A stretch of 64,000 nt of DNA from Anaeramoeba ignava BMAN (taxonomy: Eukaryota; Protista; Anaeramoebae), in assembly GCA_028826165.1 (NCBI GenBank), contig JAPDFW010000058.1, positions 186,001 through 250,000 on the forward strand, given 5' to 3'. The position numbers were made by a program, and so were the translations under genes. This document shows, piece by piece, positions 27,601 to 39,438 of this stretch. The notes under the pieces were generated by a model. The model ran no database searches. It was not told the DNA's origin and was given only the letters and a program-made list of their open reading frames with translations. Position 1 is the stretch's first letter. Every line of letters begins with the position of its first letter.

Positions 27601-27655
27601 AGGTTTTGCTTTTTTTAAGCAGAAATTAATTCCCAAATCCAAATCTCGCAAATGA
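21663..27655 (+). CDS. Large multi-exon protein of uncertain function with helical C-terminus; weak resemblance to Dictyostelium ScaA-like scaffolds
   Basis: Chain of short coding blocks separated by GT-AG repeat-rich introns (YYLGSDGTVFD, FPNVEDFNDY|FENACIEW, LFPQEP...FDHFSRAYRRW), ending in a 506-aa ORF. Apparent homopolymer slip near 26040. Start and internal exons are approximate, and the family assignment is from recollection only. Confidence 0.6.
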
Positions 27656-27977
27656 TTTTTTAAATTTTTTTTAATTTTTGAAAAAGAGATATTTTTCAAA
27701 AATGTATCAATGGGAAAAAATTAAAATTCTTTCATTCAATTTTAATTTTAATTTTAATTTTAATTTTTAATTTTAATTTTAATCTTAAATTTTAATTTTA
27801 ATTTTAATTTTAATTTTAATTTTAATTTTAATTTTAATTTTAATTTTAATTTTAATTTTAATTTTAATTTTAATTTTAATTTTAATTTTAATTTTTTAAA
27901 TTTTGATTTTAATTTTAATTTTAATTTTAATTTTAATTTTTAATTTTAATTTTAATTTTAATTTTTAATTTTAATTT

Positions 27978-29813
27978 TTAAATTTTAATTTTAAATTTTA
28001 ATTTTGATTTTAATTTTGATTTTGATTTGATTTTAATTTTTAATTTTAATTTTAAAATAAATTTTAATTTTGATTTTAATTTTGATTTTGATTTTAAATT
28101 TAAATTTGGATTTGTTTGATTTAATTGAAAATAATCAATTCCAATTTTAATTTCTTCAATTATTTCTTGTGTAATTTCAATTCCTTCTTTAATTTGATTT
28201 GAATAAATCCAATATTCAAATATTTGAAATGATTTATTACTTAATTCACTATAATCTGTAACTTTATTAGAAGTATCTTCAGTTACAGATAAAAACATTC
28301 CTCGATATAATTCACTTCTCATTATTAATATTAATTTAGGAAATTTATATTGTTTTTCTTTTCTTTCAATTATAAAATCTTTTTCATTTTCATTTTCATT
28401 TTCATTTAAATAAATTCTTTTCATTGTTTCTTCAATTTTTTCATTTGAATTTATAATTTCTTTAATTTCAGAATATAATTTTGGATTTATTTTTGAATTG
28501 TTTGAATAAATCATTTCAAATATTTGATTTGATTCTTTAATTGATTTTTTTGAAATAATTTCTTGAAGTTTTTCAATTTCATTTTGATTTAATCTATATT
28601 TCAATATTAATTTATGAGCTTCAATTATTTCTCCATTTTCTGTTTTAAATGAAATATTACAAAATTCTTTTCTTCTAAATAATTTTATCAAATCTTCTTC
28701 AAGATTGGAAAAAGAAGGAGAAGAATAATAAAGAAATGATTTGCTTTCACCACAAGAAACATGATAATTGGAAATATCTTCATTAAATTTTAATTTAGGA
28801 AGTTCAATTTGAATTGGAATTGATTGATGTTTTGTATCTCCAGTTCCTAATTGACCATATTCATTATCTCCAAATACTATTAGTTTCCCTTTTGTTGTTA
28901 AAATCAAACTATGTTTAGTTCCAACAGAAAAATCAAGAATATCATCATTTTCAAATAAAGATGATTTGATTTCAGTAAATTCATAAGTATATTCATTTTT
29001 GCCAAGTCCATTATTTTCAGAATATCCACATGAATAAAGTTTTCTTTTTGGATTTTCATTTTGATCTTCAATCAACATTATTGAATAATCATATCCACAT
29101 TGAATATCAATTATTTTACCTTTTGGAATATTTTGGATTTTGGTTAATTTTTGGATTTCCCAATCTTTTTTTCTTGATTCTCTTAATCCAAGTTGACCAT
29201 AATCATTCCATCCACATCCAAATAATTCTTGATTTGAATTTAAAAGAAAAACAGAATGTGAATCATTTCCTGAAAATATTTTAGAAACATTTTTCATCAT
29301 TAAAATTGGTTTTTTTGTTTTTTTAAGTGTTTCAGAATCAAAACCAAATTGACCATAATCATTTAAACCAATTCCATAAGCATTTTGATTTGAAGTTAAT
29401 AAGTAAACTGAAAGGTATCCAGAAACAATATCTTGAATTATTCTATCATTTGTATCTTTAATTAATGATGAAATATTAATAAATTCATTTGGATTTTTTG
29501 AATTAATATTTTCACCTTTTGCAAATACATTTCCTTCTATTGTTAAAATAGCTTCATTTAGCGCACCAACAGTTACTTTTTGAATATTTTCTTTAATTTG
29601 GATTTTTTCAGGATTTTTATCTAAATATTCTATTGCTTTTCCATTTTTAAAAAGGAAAATTGTTGAATAATTTCCTGTTGAAATTTGTTTAATTTGTTTT
29701 TCATTTTCATTTTCATTTTCAAATTCAAATTGAATTGGTTTTGTTATTTTATCTGGTTCATTTTTGAAAAGAATTGGATATTTATTTTCACCAAAAAATA
29801 AACAATCATTCAT
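27978..29813 (-). CDS. RCC1-repeat + BTB/POZ protein, paralog 1 (C-terminus runs into microsatellite)
   Basis: RCC1 motifs G.N.YGQ.G, IQCG..HS, SVG..H.LILT..GKL..FG.NEYGQLG.G; BTB-like FCNISF...IEAHKLILKYR and DFII...KFPKLILIMRSELYRGMF. Confidence 0.88.
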   Translation of the reverse strand: MNDCLFFGENKYPILFKNEPDKITKPIQFEFENENENEKQIKQISTGNYSTIFLFKNGKAIEYLDKNPEKIQIKENIQKVTVGALNEAILTIEGNVFAKGENINSKNPNEFINISSLIKDTNDRIIQDIVSGYLSVYLLTSNQNAYGIGLNDYGQFGFDSETLKKTKKPILMMKNVSKIFSGNDSHSVFLLNSNQELFGCGWNDYGQLGLRESRKKDWEIQKLTKIQNIPKGKIIDIQCGYDYSIMLIEDQNENPKRKLYSCGYSENNGLGKNEYTYEFTEIKSSLFENDDILDFSVGTKHSLILTTKGKLIVFGDNEYGQLGTGDTKHQSIPIQIELPKLKFNEDISNYHVSCGESKSFLYYSSPSFSNLEEDLIKLFRRKEFCNISFKTENGEIIEAHKLILKYRLNQNEIEKLQEIISKKSIKESNQIFEMIYSNNSKINPKLYSEIKEIINSNEKIEETMKRIYLNENENENEKDFIIERKEKQYKFPKLILIMRSELYRGMFLSVTEDTSNKVTDYSELSNKSFQIFEYWIYSNQIKEGIEITQEIIEEIKIGIDYFQLNQTNPNLNLKSKSKLKSKLKFILKLKLKIKIKSKSKLKSKLKFKIKI

Positions 29814-30212
29814 TTTTGAAAAGAAAAAAATGAAAAATGAATTTTGATTTTGGTTTTTAATTTTAATTTTTGATTTTAATTTTAATTTTAATTTTAGTTT
29901 TGATTTTAATTTTAATTTTAATTTTAGATTTTAATTTTAATTTTGATTTTAATTTTGATTTTAATTTTAATTTTAATTTTAATTTTGATTTTGATTTTAA
30001 TTTTAATTTTAATTTTAATTTTAATTTTAATTTTATTTTTAATTTTAATTTTAATTTTAATTTTAATTTTAATTTTAATTTTAATTTTAATTTTAAATTT
30101 AATTTTAATTTTGATTTTGATTTTAATTTTAATTTTAATTTTGATTTTGATTTTAATTTTAATTTTAATTTTGATTTTAATTTTAATTTTAATTTTAATT
30201 TTAATTTTAATT

Positions 30213-32009
30213 TTAATTTTGATTATTAGATTTTTTAATTAATAAATCAAATAAATTTGGATTTGTTTGATTTAATTGAAAATAATCAATTCCAGTTTCT
30301 AATTCTTCAATTATTTCTTGTGTAATTTGAATTTCTTCTTTAATTTGATTTGAATAAATCCAATATTCAAATATTTGAAATGATTTATTACTTAATTCAC
30401 TATAATCTGTAACTTTATTAGAAGTATCTTCAGTTACAGATAAAAACATTCCTCGATATAATTCACTTCTCATTATTAATATTAATTTTGGAAATTTATA
30501 TTGTTTTTCTTTTCTTTCAATTATAAAATCTTTTTCATTTTCATTTTCATTTAAATAAATTTTTTTCATTGTTTCTTCAATTTTTTCATTGGAATTTATA
30601 ATTTCTTTAATTTCAGAATATAATTTTGGATTTATTTTGGAATTGTTTGAATAAATCATTTCAAATATTTGATTTGATTCTTTAATTGGTTTATTTGAAA
30701 TAATTTTTTGAAGTTTTTCAATTTCATTTTGATTTTGATTTAATCTATATTTCAATATTAATTTATGAGCTTCAATTATTTCTCCATTTTCTGTTTTAAA
30801 TGAAATATTGCAAAATTCTTTTCTTCTAAATAATTTTATCAAATCTTCTTCAAGATTGGAAAAAGAAGGAAGAGAATAATAAAGAAATGATCTTTCAAAT
30901 CCACAAGAAAGATGATAGTTGGAAATTTCTTCATTAAATCTTAATTTAGGAAGTTCAATTTGAATTGGAATCAATTGTTTTTTTGTATCTCCAGTTCCTA
31001 ATTGACCATATTCATTATCTCCAAATCCAATTAATTTTGATTTGGAAGTTAAAATCAAAGTATGATACCTTCCAACAGAAAAATCAAGAATATCATCATT
31101 TTCAAATAAAGATGATTTGACTTCAGTAAATTCATAAGTATGATTATTTTCATTTTTGCCAAGTTCATTATTTTCAGAATATCCACATGAATAAAGTTTT
31201 CTTTTTGGATTTTCATTTTGATTTTCAATCAACATTATTGAATGATATTCTCCACATTGAATATCAATTATTTTGCCTTTTGGAATATTTTGGATTTTGG
31301 TTAATTTTTGGATTTTTGTTTCTTCTTTTCTTGATTTTCCTAACCCAACTTGGCCATAACTGTTACCACCACATCCAAATAATTCTTGATTTGAATTTAA
31401 AAGAAAAACATGATAAGAAGTATCTCCTGAAAATATTTTAGAAACATTTTTCATCATTAAAATTGGTTTTTCTGTTTTTTCAAGTGTTTCAGAATCAAAA
31501 CCAAGTTGACCAGATGGATTTAAACCAATTCCATAAACATTTTGATTTGAGGTTAATAAGTAAATTGAACTAGCTCCAGAAACAATATCTTCAATTATTC
31601 TATCATTTGTATCTTCAATTAATGATGAAATATTGATAAATTCATTTGGATTTTTTGGATTAATATTGTATCCTTTGGCAAATACATTTCCTTCTATTGT
31701 TAAAATAGCTTCATTTAGCGCACCAACAGATACTTTTTGAATATTTTCTTCAATTTGGATTTTTTCAGGATTTTGTTTTGAATTTCTTAAATATTCTATT
31801 GCTTTTCCATTTTCAAAAAGGAAAATTATTGAAAAATTTCCTGTTGAAATTTGTTTAATTTGTTTTTCATTTTCTTTTTCATTTTCTTTTTCATTTTCAT
31901 TTTCATTTTCATTTTCAAATTTAAATTGAATTGGTTTTTTTTTAACATCTTTTTTATCTTTTAGGAGAATTGGTTTATTATTCCAACCAAAAAATAAAAT
32001 TTCATTCAT
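30213..32009 (-). CDS. RCC1-repeat + BTB/POZ protein, paralog 2 (true start ATG 32009)
   Basis: Same motifs; the upstream extension of the ORF is only microsatellite. Confidence 0.88.
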   Translation of the reverse strand: MNEILFFGWNNKPILLKDKKDVKKKPIQFKFENENENENEKENEKENEKQIKQISTGNFSIIFLFENGKAIEYLRNSKQNPEKIQIEENIQKVSVGALNEAILTIEGNVFAKGYNINPKNPNEFINISSLIEDTNDRIIEDIVSGASSIYLLTSNQNVYGIGLNPSGQLGFDSETLEKTEKPILMMKNVSKIFSGDTSYHVFLLNSNQELFGCGGNSYGQVGLGKSRKEETKIQKLTKIQNIPKGKIIDIQCGEYHSIMLIENQNENPKRKLYSCGYSENNELGKNENNHTYEFTEVKSSLFENDDILDFSVGRYHTLILTSKSKLIGFGDNEYGQLGTGDTKKQLIPIQIELPKLRFNEEISNYHLSCGFERSFLYYSLPSFSNLEEDLIKLFRRKEFCNISFKTENGEIIEAHKLILKYRLNQNQNEIEKLQKIISNKPIKESNQIFEMIYSNNSKINPKLYSEIKEIINSNEKIEETMKKIYLNENENEKDFIIERKEKQYKFPKLILIMRSELYRGMFLSVTEDTSNKVTDYSELSNKSFQIFEYWIYSNQIKEEIQITQEIIEELETGIDYFQLNQTNPNLFDLLIKKSNNQN

Positions 32010-32249
32010 TTTTGAAAAGTAAAAAAATGAAAAAATGAAAAAAATGAAAAAGTTTGGAATTTTAATTTTTATTTTGATTTTAATTTTAATTTTAATTTTA
32101 ATTTTAATTTTAATTTTAATTTTAATTTTGATTTTGATTTTAATTTTAATTTTAATTTTAATTTTGATTTTGATTTTAATTTTAATTTTGATTTTAATTT
32201 TAATTTTAATTTTAATAATTTTGATTTCTTTTTGATTTTTAATTTTAAT

Positions 32250-33997
32250 TTTGATTATTAAATTTTTGAATTTCATTTTGATTTAATTGAAAATAATCAA
32301 TTCAAATAATTTTGTAATTTGAATTCCATTTTAATTTGATTTGAATTCAATATTCAAATAATTGAAATGATTTATTACTCAATTCACTATAATCTGTAAC
32401 TTTATTTGATTTATCTTCTGTTACAGATAAAAACATTCCTCGATATAATTCACTTCTCATTATTAATATTAATTTTGGAAATTTATATTGTTTTTTCTTT
32501 TCTTTCAATTATAAAATCTTTTTCATTTTCATTTTCATTTTTCATTTTAAATAAATTCTTTTCATTGTTTTCTTCAATTTTTCATTTTAAATTTATAATT
32601 TCTTTAATTTCAGAATATAATTTTAGATTTATTTTGGAATTGTTTGAATAAATCATTTCAAATATTTGATTTGATTCTTTAATTGATTTATTTGAAATAA
32701 TTTCTTGAAGTTTTTCAATTTCATTTTGATTTTGATTTAATCTATATTTCAATATTAATTTATGAGCTTCAATTATTTCTCCATTTTCGGTTTTAAATGA
32801 AATATCACAAAATTCTTTTCTTCTAAATAGTTTTATCAAATCTTCTTCAAGATTGGAAAAATAAGGAGGAGAATAATAAAGAAATGATTTGTATTCACCA
32901 CAAGAAATATGATAATTAGAAATATTTTCATTAAATGTTAATTTAGGAAGTTTAATTTGAATTGGAATTAATTGATTTTTTGTATTTCCAGTTCCTAATT
33001 GACCATATTCATTATATCCAAATCCTATCAATTTTGATTTGGAAGTTAAAATCAAATTATGATTGTATCCAACAGAAATTTTAAGAATATTATCTTCATC
33101 ATTTTCAAATAAAGATGATTTGATTTCAGTAAATTTATAAGTATATCCATTTTTGCCAAGTCCATTATATTCATAATCTCCACATGAATAAAGTTTTCTT
33201 TTTTGATTTTGATTTTCAATCAACATTATTGAATGTTCATATCCACATTGAATATCAATTATTTTACCTTTTGGAATATTTTGGATTTTGGTTAATTTTT
33301 TGATATATTGTTCATTTCCTGAATATCCTAATCCAAGTTGACCAACTACATTATATCCGCATACAAATAATTCTTGATTTGAATTTAAAAGAAAAGCAGA
33401 ATAAGAAGAATTTCCTGAAAATATTTTAGAAACATTTTTCATCATTAAAATTGGTTTTTTTGTTCTTTCAAATAAAACAGAATCAAAACCAAGTTGACCA
33501 AATTGATTTGAACCAATTCCATAAACATTATGATTTGAAGTTAATAAGTAAATTGAACTATCTCCAGAAACAATATCTTCAATTATTCTATCATTTGTAT
33601 CTTCAATTAATGATGAAATATTGATAAATTCATTTGGATTTTTTGGATTAATATTGTATCCTTTGGCAAATACATTTCCTTCTATTGTTAAAATAGCTTC
33701 ATTTTGATAACCAACAGTTACTTTTTGAATATTTTCTTCAATTTGAATTTTTGAAGGATTTGGTTTTGAATATTTTTCATTTAAATATTCTATTGCTTTT
33801 CCATTTTCAAAAAGGAAAATTGTTGAATAATTGGATGTTGAAATTTGTTTAATTTGTTTTTCATTTTCATTTTCATTTTCATTTTCATTTTCATTTTCAA
33901 ATTTAAATTTAAATTGAATTGGTTTTGTTATTTCTTCTGGTTCATTTTTGAAAAGAATTGGTTTATTATTCCAACCAAAAAATATAATTTCATTCAT
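32250..33997 (-). pseudogene. RCC1-BTB paralog 3: intact to ~32590, then multiple indels in the second BTB region (pseudogene or poorly polished sequence)
   Basis: The ORF stops at EIINLK* (32582). Region 32250-32600 still aligns by eye to the paralog 3' ends but has several indels and substitutions. Confidence 0.6.
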
Positions 33998-34091
33998 TTT
34001 TGAAAAGTAAAAAAATGAAAAAACGTTTTTGGATTTTTGAATTTTAATTTTAATTTTGGTTTTTGAAAAAGAAATTTGAAAAAGTTTGGAA

Positions 34092-36185
34092 TTAAAAAAA
34101 CCCAAAAATGATCATCAAAAGTAAGATAAAAACGGAGAAAAGATTTTTATTACTTGAAGAAGGTGGTGGAGGAGGATTTGGGAAAATAGCTGGAATCTGG
34201 AATTTATAGAAAATAATGAGACTTTCTGATGCATCTGTTCCATATTCAAAACTAGTTGATGAATCATAATTACCCAGAAAATCATCGAAGAAAAAAGTTC
34301 CAAAGTAATATTTGAAACGACTTCACTTGAATTGGTTTCAATTTGCAAGATTCGTGTTTGATCTTCATCAACAGATCCATTGTAGAAAGATGTGAAAAAA
34401 TATCCCCAGGTATCACTTCTCTCAATCAATGATGCCGAAAAAGAATCAATCCCATCAACTGCTAAACAATCATTGACTACCATCATTATGCTTAAATTGA
34501 CTCGACAAATTCGATAATTATCTTCATCTCCAAAATAAATTAATTGATGAGTTTTATCCAAAAAAATGGTTGCAATTTCATAATCAGTTAAGTTAGTGGA
34601 TCCAATATCTGTGAAGTTCTCTAATTCAATTTGAGCAAGAAAATAGTTTGAACCAACAGCACCATATCTGTAAATCAATGCATAAAGATAATTACTGAAA
34701 GAATCAACAAAAATATTCCGAGGAGCATCATTACTTCCGAGTATCAGAGATCGAACAATTTGAAAATCTGGATAAGTAAGTTGGATCACTGCATATTGCC
34801 CAGAAGAAGAATTATAATATCCAATATAAACCATTTGATTTTTCTTTATCAAACGAGCCTGTTTCCACTCTTCCATTATTAGCGATCACAGTTTCATTCA
34901 AGGAAAAATCTGATAGATTGACTTCCAAAATGTTTATTCCTGAAGATGAATCAAAAAATATGTAAATCATTCCATTTATTGAATCAAGTTCACCAAAAAA
35001 TAAAGTCCAAGTGCCAATCAAATGAAAATAATCAACCAGTTTATATGATTGAAGATCTACTTTAGCTACTAAGTATCCATCACTTAAATGACAAAATATA
35101 TACAGAATTTGTTTTGGTTCATCGATGAAAACTAAAGAGGAACTGTAAAAAGAAGGAATATAAAAAGAATCTTCAACCTGTAATGGAGATAGATCAACTT
35201 CCTTAATTTGATACTCTTGGAGCCAAGCATAAATTTTCTGAGTCGTCAAATCAATGCACATTGAAGTAGGGTTATTCCCGATATCCAATGAACCGTTGAT
35301 CGAGAAATTTGTCAAATTCACTGCAACAACATATCCATTTTCTGATAAGAAATAACCAAAGTCGTTTTCTTGATCAAAAACTGCACCCCGAACTTGATTT
35401 ATGCCTCCATCGCAACTAATCGTTTCTATCTTTGAGAAATCTGTCAAATTGATTTTCACAATTTTGATAGGATACTCATCAGTTCCGAAATACATCAAAT
35501 TCTTTGCGTTATCAACGAAACCTTTTGTCAAGCTGAGCTCTTCTGTATGATCCAATTGAAGAGTATTAACTACACTAAAGTTTGATAAGGCGATCTTGTA
35601 AATTATCGGATCACTTTCTTGAGTTGAGGCATAAAGAAAACCATTTGGCTCGTCAATCGCGCACCCCATAAGATAATCACTTCCTGAAAAGGACAAATTT
35701 GTTTCATTCGTGAAACTTATCAAATCAATTTTCACCAGATTCCCAGGATAACTACAACCAAAATAAGCTTTTTGATTCACAACATCAATTTGAGCACTTT
35801 CAAATCCCGAACCCTCATTACAAGCATCTACAGTCAGAATTTCAACAAGTGAAAATGAAGTTAAATTTACTTTGGAAATTTTGGCTGGAATAGTGGAGGA
35901 GCCAAAATAAGCAAGTTTATTAACATGATCTATTACTCCTGTCTTCACATCTTCTAATTCCAAATGAAGAAAATCAACCATTTCAATAGGATCAAGTGTG
36001 AATTTGAATAAAGAGCAATTTCCGCCTCCATGAAAATCAGCAAAATACATAAATCCTTTGTCTGAATCAATTAGAGAAGCATAAGAATTACTACCAACAT
36101 TTGGCAACTCCAAAGAACCATTTAAAGTAACTTCCGATCGAACAAAAAGGAGAAAAAAAGAAACAAAAAGCAAAATTTGTTTCAT
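34092..36185 (-). CDS. Secreted, probably GPI-anchored beta-propeller repeat protein (~700 aa), two apparent homopolymer frameshifts (~34840, ~34295)
   Basis: Signal peptide MKQILLFVSFFLLFVRS; ~44-aa repeats (ID....AYFG....P..I.K..L..F). The corrected frame ends PNPPPPPSSSNKNLFSVFILLLMIIFGFF* at 34092. Confidence 0.75.
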
Positions 36186-36394
36186 TTGTTTTCTTAATTA
36201 TTTTTTTTTCAAAAATAAAAAATAAAAAACAATTTAATTTCTTTAAAAAGAGGATACAAAGTAAGAATTTTTTCCAACTTACTTTTGCAATTAGATTGCT
36301 TTTTTCTTGTTAAAACAAAAGAAAAATGAAAACAATTTTTTGCTTTTTTTTTTACTCCTCTAAAATGGCAAAAGCAAAATTAAAATCAAATTCA

Positions 36395-36911
36395 AATTGA
36401 AAAACTTCAAGAAATTATTTCAAAAAAATCAATTAAAGAATCAAATCAAATATTTGAAATGATTTATTCAAATAATTCCAAAATAAATCCAAAATTATAT
36501 TCTGAAATTAAAGAAATTATAAATTCAAATGAAAAAATTGAAGAAACAATGAAAAGAATTTATTTAAATGAAAATGAAAATGAAAATGATTTTATTATTG
36601 AAAGAAAAGAAAAACAATATAAATTTCCAAAATTAATATTAATAATGAGAAGTGAATTATATCGAGGAATGTTTTTATCTGTAACAGAAGATACTTCAAA
36701 TAAAGTTACAGATTATAGTGAATTAAGTAATAAATCATTCCAAATATTTGAATATTGGATTTATTCAAATCAAATCAAAGAAGGAATTCAAATTACACAA
36801 GAAATAATTGATGAATTAGAAACTGGAATTGATTATTTTCAATTAAATCAAACAAATCCAAATTTATTTGATTTATTAATTAACAAATTTAAAAATCAAA
36901 ATCAAAATTAA
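36395..36911 (+). pseudogene. 5'-truncated RCC1-BTB fragment (C-terminal BTB half only)
   Basis: Begins at EKLQEIISKKSIKESNQIFEM with no RCC1 region upstream; the C-terminus is of the paralog 1/2 type (QTNPNLFDLLI). Confidence 0.75.
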
Positions 36912-36964
36912 AATTATTTTTTCATTTTTCATTTTTTTCATTTTTTTTCTTTTCAAAAAATAAA

Positions 36965-39175
36965 ATGAATACAAATCCAATAAATGAAGTTTTCTATTTT
37001 GGAGAAAATTCTTCACCAAAATTTATCCAAAATAAATCAGGAAATGTAAGAAGACCAACTCAATCCAAATATGGGAATGTGTTTGAAAAACAAATTAAAG
37101 AAATTATATCAGGAAATTTCTTGACATTTTTCGTTTTTAAAGATGGAAAAGTAGTTCAATTTGAAAAAGGAAAAAAGCATAAAAAAATTCAAATTAAAAA
37201 TATTCAAAAAGTAACTGTTGGTAATTATAATGTGGCTATTTTAACAAAAGAAGGGAATGTATTTGCAAAAGGAAGATATATTAACCGAAAAAATCCAAAT
37301 GAATTTTTCAATATTTCATCATTAATTGAAGATAAAAATGATAGAGTAATTCAAGATATTGTTTCAGGATATGATTCAATTTACTTATTAACTTCAAATC
37401 AAAATGCTTATGGAATTGGTTCAAATCAATATGGTCAACTTGGTTTAGATTCTGTTTTATTTGAAAGAACAGAAAAACCAATTTTAATTATGAAAAATGT
37501 TTCTAAAATATTTTCAGGGAATGCTTCACTTCATGTTTTTCTTTTAAATTCAAATCAAGAATTATTTGGATGTGGGTTTAATGAATATGGTCAACTTGGA
37601 TTAAAAGAACCAACTGAAGAACAAGTTCATAAATTAACCAAAATCCAAAATATTCCAAAAGGCAAAATAATTGATATTCAATGTGGAGAATTTCATTCAA
37701 TAATGTTGATTGAAGAAGAAGAAGATGAAAATGAAAATCCAAAAAGAAAACTTTATTCATGTGGATATTATGATTGTACTGGACTTGGAAAAGAATATGA
37801 AGATACAAAAGAATTTACTGAAATCAAATCATCTTTATTTGAAAATGATGATATTCGTGATTTTTCTGTTGGAACTAAACATACTTTGATTTTAACCGAA
37901 AAAGGGAAACTAATAGGATTTGGACGTAACGGATATGGTCAATTAGGAACTGGAGATACAAAATATCAATTAATTCCATTTAAAATTGAATTTCCTAAAT
38001 TAACATTTAATGAAAATATTTCCGATTATCATATTTCTTGTGGATTTAACAATTCCTTTCTTTATTATTCTTCTCTTTTTTCCAATCTTGAAGAAGATTT
38101 GATAAAATTATTTCGAAGAAAAGAATTTTGTGATATTTCATTTAAAACAGAAAATGGAGAAATAATTGAAGCTCATAAATTAATATTGAAATATAGATTA
38201 AATCAAAATCAAAATCAAAATCAAAATCAAAATCAAATTCAAAATGAAAATCAAAATGAAAATCAAAATCAAAATCAAATTCAAAATCAAATTCAAATTC
38301 AAAATCAAAATCAAAATCAAAATCAAAATCAAAATCAAAATCAAAATCAAAATCAAAATCAAAATCAAAATCAAAATCAAAATCAAAATCAAAATCAAAA
38401 TCAAATTCAAAATGAAAATGAAAATCAAAATCAAAATCAAAATCAAAATCAAAATCAAAATCAAATTCAAAATCAAAATCAAAATCAAAATCAAATTCAA
38501 AATCAAAATGAAAATCAAATTCAAAATCAAAATCAAAATCAAAATCAAAATCAAAATGAAAAACTTCAAGAAATTATTTCAAAAAAATCAATTAAAGAAT
38601 CAAATCAAATATTTGAAATGATTTATTCAAATAATTCCAAAATAAATCCAATATTATATTCTGAAATTAAAGAAATTATAAATTCCAATGAAAAAATTGA
38701 AGAAACAATTAAAAGAATTTATTTAAATGAAAATGAAAATGAAAAAGATTTTATTATTGAAAGAAAAGAAAACCAATATAAATTTCCAAAATTAATATTA
38801 ATAATGAGAAGTGAATTATATCGAGGAATGTTTTTATCTGTAACAGAAGATACTTCTAATAAAGTTACAGATTATAGTGAATTAAGTAATAAATCATTTC
38901 AAATATTAGAATATTGGATTTATTCAAATCAAATTAAAGAAGGAATTCAAATTACACAAGAAATAATTGATGAAATTAAAATTGGAATTGATTATTTTCA
39001 ATTAAATCAAAAAAAGTTAAATTTATTTGATTTATTAAATAGAGAATTCCAAATCCAAAAACAAAATCAAACAATAGAATCTAAATTAGAATCTCAAAAA
39101 AAATTTAAATTTCAATTCCAAAATAGAAAATCAAATAACAAATCTAAAAAAAATAAAAACAAATCAAAAAATTAA
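36965..39175 (+). CDS. RCC1-repeat + BTB/POZ protein, paralog 4 (~120-aa NQ insert)
   Basis: RCC1 and BTB motifs as above; intronless. Confidence 0.9.
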   Translation: MNTNPINEVFYFGENSSPKFIQNKSGNVRRPTQSKYGNVFEKQIKEIISGNFLTFFVFKDGKVVQFEKGKKHKKIQIKNIQKVTVGNYNVAILTKEGNVFAKGRYINRKNPNEFFNISSLIEDKNDRVIQDIVSGYDSIYLLTSNQNAYGIGSNQYGQLGLDSVLFERTEKPILIMKNVSKIFSGNASLHVFLLNSNQELFGCGFNEYGQLGLKEPTEEQVHKLTKIQNIPKGKIIDIQCGEFHSIMLIEEEEDENENPKRKLYSCGYYDCTGLGKEYEDTKEFTEIKSSLFENDDIRDFSVGTKHTLILTEKGKLIGFGRNGYGQLGTGDTKYQLIPFKIEFPKLTFNENISDYHISCGFNNSFLYYSSLFSNLEEDLIKLFRRKEFCDISFKTENGEIIEAHKLILKYRLNQNQNQNQNQNQIQNENQNENQNQNQIQNQIQIQNQNQNQNQNQNQNQNQNQNQNQNQNQNQNQNQNQIQNENENQNQNQNQNQNQNQIQNQNQNQNQIQNQNENQIQNQNQNQNQNQNEKLQEIISKKSIKESNQIFEMIYSNNSKINPILYSEIKEIINSNEKIEETIKRIYLNENENEKDFIIERKENQYKFPKLILIMRSELYRGMFLSVTEDTSNKVTDYSELSNKSFQILEYWIYSNQIKEGIQITQEIIDEIKIGIDYFQLNQKKLNLFDLLNREFQIQKQNQTIESKLESQKKFKFQFQNRKSNNKSKKNKNKSKN

Positions 39176-39438
39176 AATTAAAATTAAAATTAAAATTAAA
39201 ATTAAAATTAAAATTAAAATTAAAATTAAAATTAAAATTAAAATTAAAATTAAAATTAAAACAAAAATTAAAATTAAAATTAATTTATAAAATTAAAATT
39301 AAAATTAAAATTAAAATTAAAATTAAAATCAAAATTAAAATTAAAATTAAAATTAAAACTAAAATTAAAATTAAAATTAAAATCAAAATTATTTTTTCAT
39401 TTTTCATTTTTTTCATTTTTTTCTTTTCAAAAAATAAA

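Noticed and set aside
27740-27980. Telomeric repeat
   Set aside because: (TTTTAA)n is interstitial, degenerate and present throughout the window.
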